The position numbers and the translations under genes were made by a program. Shown here in pieces: positions 43,039 through 47,298 of a stretch of DNA of 47,298 bases. Within the stretch, counting starts at the first letter, position 1; the number at the start of each line of letters is the position of its first letter. The notes under the pieces are model-generated. The model had not been told where the DNA came from. It saw nothing but the letters and a program-made list of their open reading frames with translations, and did not search any database. Source of the stretch: Nanobdellota archaeon (lineage in GTDB: Archaea > Nanobdellota > Nanobdellia > SCGC-AAA011-G17 > GW2011-AR17); contig JAHIMK010000004.1 in NCBI GenBank assembly GCA_018896675.1, positions 1-47,298 on the forward strand, in the 5' to 3' direction.

Positions 43039-44092
43039 TTTTTTTTAAATATTCAATTCCTTCTTTTTCTTCTTTAGGAATTTTATTTAATATTTTTATC
43101 AATTCTTCTATATCTGAATATTTTTTATGAACTTTATATAACAATGGAAAATTTTTATTGTAAGGAATAGAGTCCCATAAATCAGCATTATTTTTCATAA
43201 AACTTGAATTCTTAAAAATCTCCTTCTTTTTCTTTAATTTTTCTTCATAATTTAATTTTTTTGAATACAGTCCAATTAATTGTTTATTTAAGAAAATTAA
43301 ATGTTCTGCTAAATCTAATTTAAACTGTAAATTAAGTTTTGACAGAACATATTCTTTAGAATTTTCACCAAAATGTTCTTTAGCATATTGTATGGTGCCA
43401 ATATTTCCAATTAAACAGGCTACACTTTCTTCTAAATTAGGATTCCAATCTTTTTTAAGGACAGTCATATGTAAATCTTCATGCAAAATAGTATTTACTT
43501 TATGTAATAATTTTCTTTTAATAAATTCTGGAGTTATATCACAGTTTCCTGCAAAGTCTGTAATTTTTCTATAAAAAACATCATATCCTCTTCTATAATA
43601 ATAATATTTTTCATCTTTTAAATCATCAACTTTGGAAATAAGCAAGGCATATTTGTCTATGTCATCAACATGCCATCCTTCTTCTTTAATGAATATATAA
43701 TTATCTCTTTTTTGAGGAATAAAAAATTTACCAGTAACATAAAGCCAATAATTAGTTTTAGGGTTTTCGTTTATTTTATTTTTGTAAACCATATAATTTT
43801 TGGATTTTACTAAATCAAATGTTTTCATGCCTAAACTTTTTACATCAGCAATAAATTCAAATTCCGATATTAATTCTTGATTTAAATCAGATTCGCAAGC
43901 ATAAAATTCAAATCCTTTATTTGTAACCTTGGCAACATCTTTACACTTTAAATCAGTATCATGTTTTACATAATGATCAATAACAGTAACAACTTCTTTT
44001 TCAGGTTTTATATCAGGAGTTGGTTTGATATTATGGCATCCTAAAGAAAAAGTTACAAGCCCTAAACCAGCAAGAAGTTTTTTCAAACTCAT
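43016..44092 (-). CDS. putative zinc aminopeptidase-like lipoprotein (HExxH)
   Basis: Lipobox FSLGC. ILHEDLHMT followed by LEESVACLIGNIG resembles the 'putative aminopeptidase' (DUF2265-like) gluzincin pattern. Confidence 0.55.
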   Translation of the reverse strand: MSLKKLLAGLGLVTFSLGCHNIKPTPDIKPEKEVVTVIDHYVKHDTDLKCKDVAKVTNKGFEFYACESDLNQELISEFEFIADVKSLGMKTFDLVKSKNYMVYKNKINENPKTNYWLYVTGKFFIPQKRDNYIFIKEEGWHVDDIDKYALLISKVDDLKDEKYYYYRRGYDVFYRKITDFAGNCDITPEFIKRKLLHKVNTILHEDLHMTVLKKDWNPNLEESVACLIGNIGTIQYAKEHFGENSKEYVLSKLNLQFKLDLAEHLIFLNKQLIGLYSKKLNYEEKLKKKKEIFKNSSFMKNNADLWDSIPYNKNFPLLYKVHKKYSDIEELIKILNKIPKEEKEGIEYLKKIISEDTP

Positions 44093-44178
44093 AAAAACAA
44101 GGAAATCACTAAGGCTTTATATATTTTTATTAAAAAATTGCATAATCTTTATATATTATATAGCAATCTTCTTCTAAA

Positions 44179-45006
44179 ATGAAAGAAAGAGCCACCTTCA
44201 CAATTGAATCTTCTATTCTTGATAAAATAGATACTACTATCGATGGTTATAAAATTAAAAACAGAAGTCATGCTGTTGAATTATTATTGATGAGAGCATT
44301 AAGAGATAAAAGTTTAAACAAAGCTTTGATTCTTGCAGGCGGCAAAGGTGAAAGATTAAAACCAATAACAAATGAAATGCCTAAACCAATGGTACCCTTA
44401 CAAGGTAAGCCTATTTTGCAGCATGCAATTGACTTGATGAAAAGACATGGTATTGCCGAGATTTATCTTTCTATTGGATATAAGGGAGATAAAATTAAAG
44501 AATATTTTGGAGATGGTAGCAGGTTTGGAGTTAAAATAATTTATATTGAAGAAAATGAGCCCTTAGGAACTGCCGGACCTTTAAGATTAGCTAAAAAATA
44601 TTTGACTGAAACTTTTGTTATGTGCAATGCAGATGAATTAAAAAATATTGATTTAATGGACATGTTCTTGTTTCATAAAGAAAAAAATGCTAAAGCAACA
44701 ATTGCTTTAACAACTGTTCCAGATCCTTCATTATATGGTGTTGCAAAGTTGCAAGGCAATTGGATAATGGAATTTTTAGAAAAGCCTCAAAATCCTCCTT
44801 CTAATTTAATCAATGCAGGATTATATATTTTAGAACCAGAAGTTATTGATATGGTCCCTGAAGGCTTTGCAATGATTGAAAAACAAATCTTTCCAAAAAT
44901 AGCGGCAGAAAAAAATTTGTTAGGGTATTCTTTCACAGGTCAATGGATGGATACAGGTACTATGGAAAGGTATGCAAGAGCTCAAGAAGAATGGAAAGGA
45001 TTATAA
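44179..45006 (+). CDS. sugar-1-phosphate nucleotidyltransferase with N-terminal ribbon-helix-helix domain
   Basis: aa 1-45, ERATFTIESSILDKIDTTIDGYKIKNRSHAVELLLMRAL, is a CopG/NikR-type RHH. It is followed by ALILAGGKGERLKPITNEMPKPMVPL (the NTP_transferase G-loop) and GTAGPL, NADE, INAGLYI, WMDTGT. Confidence 0.8.
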   Translation: MKERATFTIESSILDKIDTTIDGYKIKNRSHAVELLLMRALRDKSLNKALILAGGKGERLKPITNEMPKPMVPLQGKPILQHAIDLMKRHGIAEIYLSIGYKGDKIKEYFGDGSRFGVKIIYIEENEPLGTAGPLRLAKKYLTETFVMCNADELKNIDLMDMFLFHKEKNAKATIALTTVPDPSLYGVAKLQGNWIMEFLEKPQNPPSNLINAGLYILEPEVIDMVPEGFAMIEKQIFPKIAAEKNLLGYSFTGQWMDTGTMERYARAQEEWKGL

Positions 45007-47298
45007 TTTAATTTTTCTTTTATTCACAATAAAATGTGCTATGCTTGATATATAAATTAAAGTTATTATTAAAAATAATTTTATTGTAAACTTTTTGTTC
45101 CAAAACTCTTCCTTTGGAACTTCTTCTTTAAGGATTGCTGCGCCTGTAATGCTTGTTTCATTATTAGCTTCAACAGGTTTTTCCTTCACGATTTCATTTG
45201 GTTTCTCTGCTATTGCAAATATTGAAAATCCAGACACTTCAGCTGAGAAGTAATGTTTATTGTTTATAGTCATGAGATATTCTGTTTTTTGTTCTGTCCA
45301 TCCGTCTTTGTAACGGAAAAATGCAATCCTGTCTCTTTGAATATTATTATTGGCAAGCCAGTCATTATCTACCATAAATTCAACTTTTGCATTTTTTATA
45401 TCTGCATCAGTTATTTTTTCAGTTGTTATTTCTAAGTACTTGTACACTTTTTTGTTATACTCATTTATTCCTTCTGGCAAATTGTTTACTCCGCTTACTT
45501 TGACTTTTGCCTGATTAATTTCTTTATTAACTTCTATTTTTAATGAATTTATTGGCAGATATTCATTTTTGATTTCTAGATTAATAGGGTTTGAAGGAGA
45601 GGTCTTAGCTATCACAAAGCTAGTTACATCTTTGGGGGTTACTGTCTTGCCACCACCGCTTCCTCCACCAGAACTAGTTGTTGTTGGGCAGGTTCCACAG
45701 TCATTTGCACATGACGAGCAGCTTTCTCCAGTTTCACATAAATTATTCCCACAACATAAATCTATAGTGAAACTGCCGTTTGCATTGTTTGAAAAGTTGC
45801 TGTTGTTGGCATAGATATAATAATCTACTAACCCACATTGCATCACATTCCAACTATAAGTGAAATTATAGCTACTTACATTTATCATTGTAACATTAGA
45901 TCCGTTAAAATTCAAATTTACAGTTAATGGCTCTTTATCATAAATTAAAGTAGTTATTATTTGCATCTCATTTTGATGTAGGGTTTCCTCCAATTCAGTT
46001 ATAGATTTTATCAAAGGTTTATCAGTGCTGTCATTTACTATGAATGATGCGTTTGTAGAATTCAGGTTGTCCACTATATCAAGGGCATATATAGTAAAAT
46101 CTATTTGTCCTATTAATCTAGGTGTAAAGTTGAAAAAGTAAATATTACTATAATTGTACATGGTTTGATTTAATCCAAGATAAGAGATATTCACGTAATT
46201 TATTCTGTTTTCAGTTATGTTTATTGTAATATATTGCGAAGAACCTAGTTCTATTATGTTGCTGTAATTCAGTGATTCAAATCCGGGCTTAGTATTGTCT
46301 ATTTTAAAGCTATAATTTTGTTGTGCAAAGTTGCAGTTATTCCATGCATCGCATACCTTGCAGTTCCATAAATAATTTCCTTCACCAATATTTAATGTCC
46401 AATTACTTATATTGGATGTGCCACTTACTTCATTGCTAGAATTAAGAAGCCATGTTCCATTAAAATTTCCATAAAGGCTTATGTTATTTAGCCCATTGTT
46501 ATAAAAACTGCTGCAATTGAAATTCAATGAATTCTGTGATGTGTACAAATTATTGGTAGGAGAAATAAGATTGACGCTATAAGCTATTGTTATGTTTACT
46601 TTGTCAGACCAGTTCTGCCTGTAATCCATTTCAAATATTACGAAGAACTCATAAGTATTATTTTCATCTCCTGTTGCCTCAACAATCCAAGTAATATTGC
46701 AACTTTCTCCATCATTAAGAAGGGACAAGCAAGATTCGTTGTGAGGATTAGGTGTTAGGCTGTAGAAAGGTTTTGCTCCAACAGTTGTAGGGATTATGCC
46801 TTTTGCATTAACTGAGTTGAAGGCATTTATCCTGGGAAAATAATTTTTGCTTCCAGAATCATATAGCCAGTCGCCGTTGTATTTCAAGTTATGCTTGACT
46901 TCATCAGGTTTTAATGTTCGGTTGTATTTTAATTTGAAATATTGTTTCATTAATGCTATTGTTCCCGATACATGCGGAGCAGACATTGAAGTTCCACTAT
47001 AAGTAACATGTGTTCCGTCATAATCTGTTGCTGTAATGCTTACTCCTGGAGCAACTAGATCCAATATATTTCCTCTATTGTCAGTAAAACTTCCAGCATC
47101 ATTGATATTTCCAACTGAAGTTGCATTTTCAATGCAGGCAGGTGTACTTATTCCATCAGTATAGTCTTCATTGCCGGCAGAGATTACAACATTTATTCCA
47201 TTACTCGTTGCAGTATCCACACTTGTTTTTTCAGCAGCATATATACAATGGAAATCATGCTTAGAACCACTTTCTCCCAAAGACAAGCTTATTACAGA
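45001..47298 (-). CDS. subtilisin-like (S8) serine protease, partial (N-terminus outside the window), with long C-terminal extension and TM anchor
   Basis: VVISAGNE (oxyanion Asn) and GTSMSAPHVSG (catalytic Ser). The Asp and His regions must lie beyond 47298. Downstream are N-glyco-sequon-rich Ig-like repeats, CCGNNLCETGESCSSCANDCGTC, a Ser/Gly linker, a PGF-pre-PGF-like domain (..YFSAEVSGFSIFAIAEKP), ITGAAI, a TM helix and a basic tail. Confidence 0.85.
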   Translation of the reverse strand, partial: SVISLSLGESGSKHDFHCIYAAEKTSVDTATSNGINVVISAGNEDYTDGISTPACIENATSVGNINDAGSFTDNRGNILDLVAPGVSITATDYDGTHVTYSGTSMSAPHVSGTIALMKQYFKLKYNRTLKPDEVKHNLKYNGDWLYDSGSKNYFPRINAFNSVNAKGIIPTTVGAKPFYSLTPNPHNESCLSLLNDGESCNITWIVEATGDENNTYEFFVIFEMDYRQNWSDKVNITIAYSVNLISPTNNLYTSQNSLNFNCSSFYNNGLNNISLYGNFNGTWLLNSSNEVSGTSNISNWTLNIGEGNYLWNCKVCDAWNNCNFAQQNYSFKIDNTKPGFESLNYSNIIELGSSQYITINITENRINYVNISYLGLNQTMYNYSNIYFFNFTPRLIGQIDFTIYALDIVDNLNSTNASFIVNDSTDKPLIKSITELEETLHQNEMQIITTLIYDKEPLTVNLNFNGSNVTMINVSSYNFTYSWNVMQCGLVDYYIYANNSNFSNNANGSFTIDLCCGNNLCETGESCSSCANDCGTCPTTTSSGGGSGGGKTVTPKDVTSFVIAKTSPSNPINLEIKNEYLPINSLKIEVNKEINQAKVKVSGVNNLPEGINEYNKKVYKYLEITTEKITDADIKNAKVEFMVDNDWLANNNIQRDRIAFFRYKDGWTEQKTEYLMTINNKHYFSAEVSGFSIFAIAEKPNEIVKEKPVEANNETSITGAAILKEEVPKEEFWNKKFTIKLFLIITLIYISSIAHFIVNKRKIKL

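Noticed and set aside
15526-45814. The remaining short antisense track ORFs: 15526..15768, 17015..17320, 19611..19898, 21736..22077, 25660..25953, 29682..29924, 38565..38822, 40738..41031, 41165..41398, 41854..42051, 43392..43574, 45253..45435 and 45569..45814; plus 10462..10665 and 11417..11629, which lie just upstream of this range.
   Set aside because: Each lies inside a longer, motif-supported gene on the opposite strand, and none has an SD or TATA box or a recognisable motif.
1-47298. A diversity-generating retroelement, as known from DPANN archaea.
   Set aside because: No reverse transcriptase ORF is present. I saw no template/variable repeat pair with adenine-specific mismatches, and the repeats that are present (R copies, the 18-mer, the 48-bp tandem) do not show that pattern.

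Overview
The window is strongly AT-rich, densely coding prokaryotic DNA and looks archaeal, probably from a small-genome DPANN-like lineage. Evidence: an archaeal/eukaryal-type peptidyl-tRNA hydrolase (Pth2), an Mtq2/HemK-like methyltransferase, Mre11 and a short Rad50, a TrmB regulator, DUF361-type class III (pilin-like) signal peptides, a FlaI-like N-domain, a tRNA-Tyr with C1:G72 and two BHB-like introns, and AAAnCTTTATATA BRE/TATA boxes about 26 nt upstream of many ATGs (leaderless geometry). Housekeeping genes include ppsA, rad50, mre11, pth2, HIT, SPFH and an NDP-sugar pyrophosphorylase. They are interspersed with many secreted, Cys-rich, lipobox or membrane-anchored proteins and predicted peptidases: S8, S1, four HExxH proteins and one transglutaminase-like protein. 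I found no rRNA, CRISPR array, reverse transcriptase, transposase or integrase. The most unusual region is 34.6-37.9 kb. There, four copies of a ~90-nt repeat in two inverted pairs bracket gene cassettes (a wHTH-nucleotidyltransferase/HEPN pair, a methyltransferase) and several gene fragments, and part of the neighbouring gene's promoter and 5' end is duplicated. Other notable points: a methyltransferase gene flanked by a perfect 18-bp direct repeat at the rad50 stop codon; mre11 and rad50 separated by an opposite-strand gene; a free-standing LAGLIDADG endonuclease just upstream of the two-intron tRNA-Tyr; a FlaI-like protein without its ATPase core; and a paralogous secreted-protein cluster whose members end in Cys-Cys. 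All domain calls come from motif reading by eye, with no database search.
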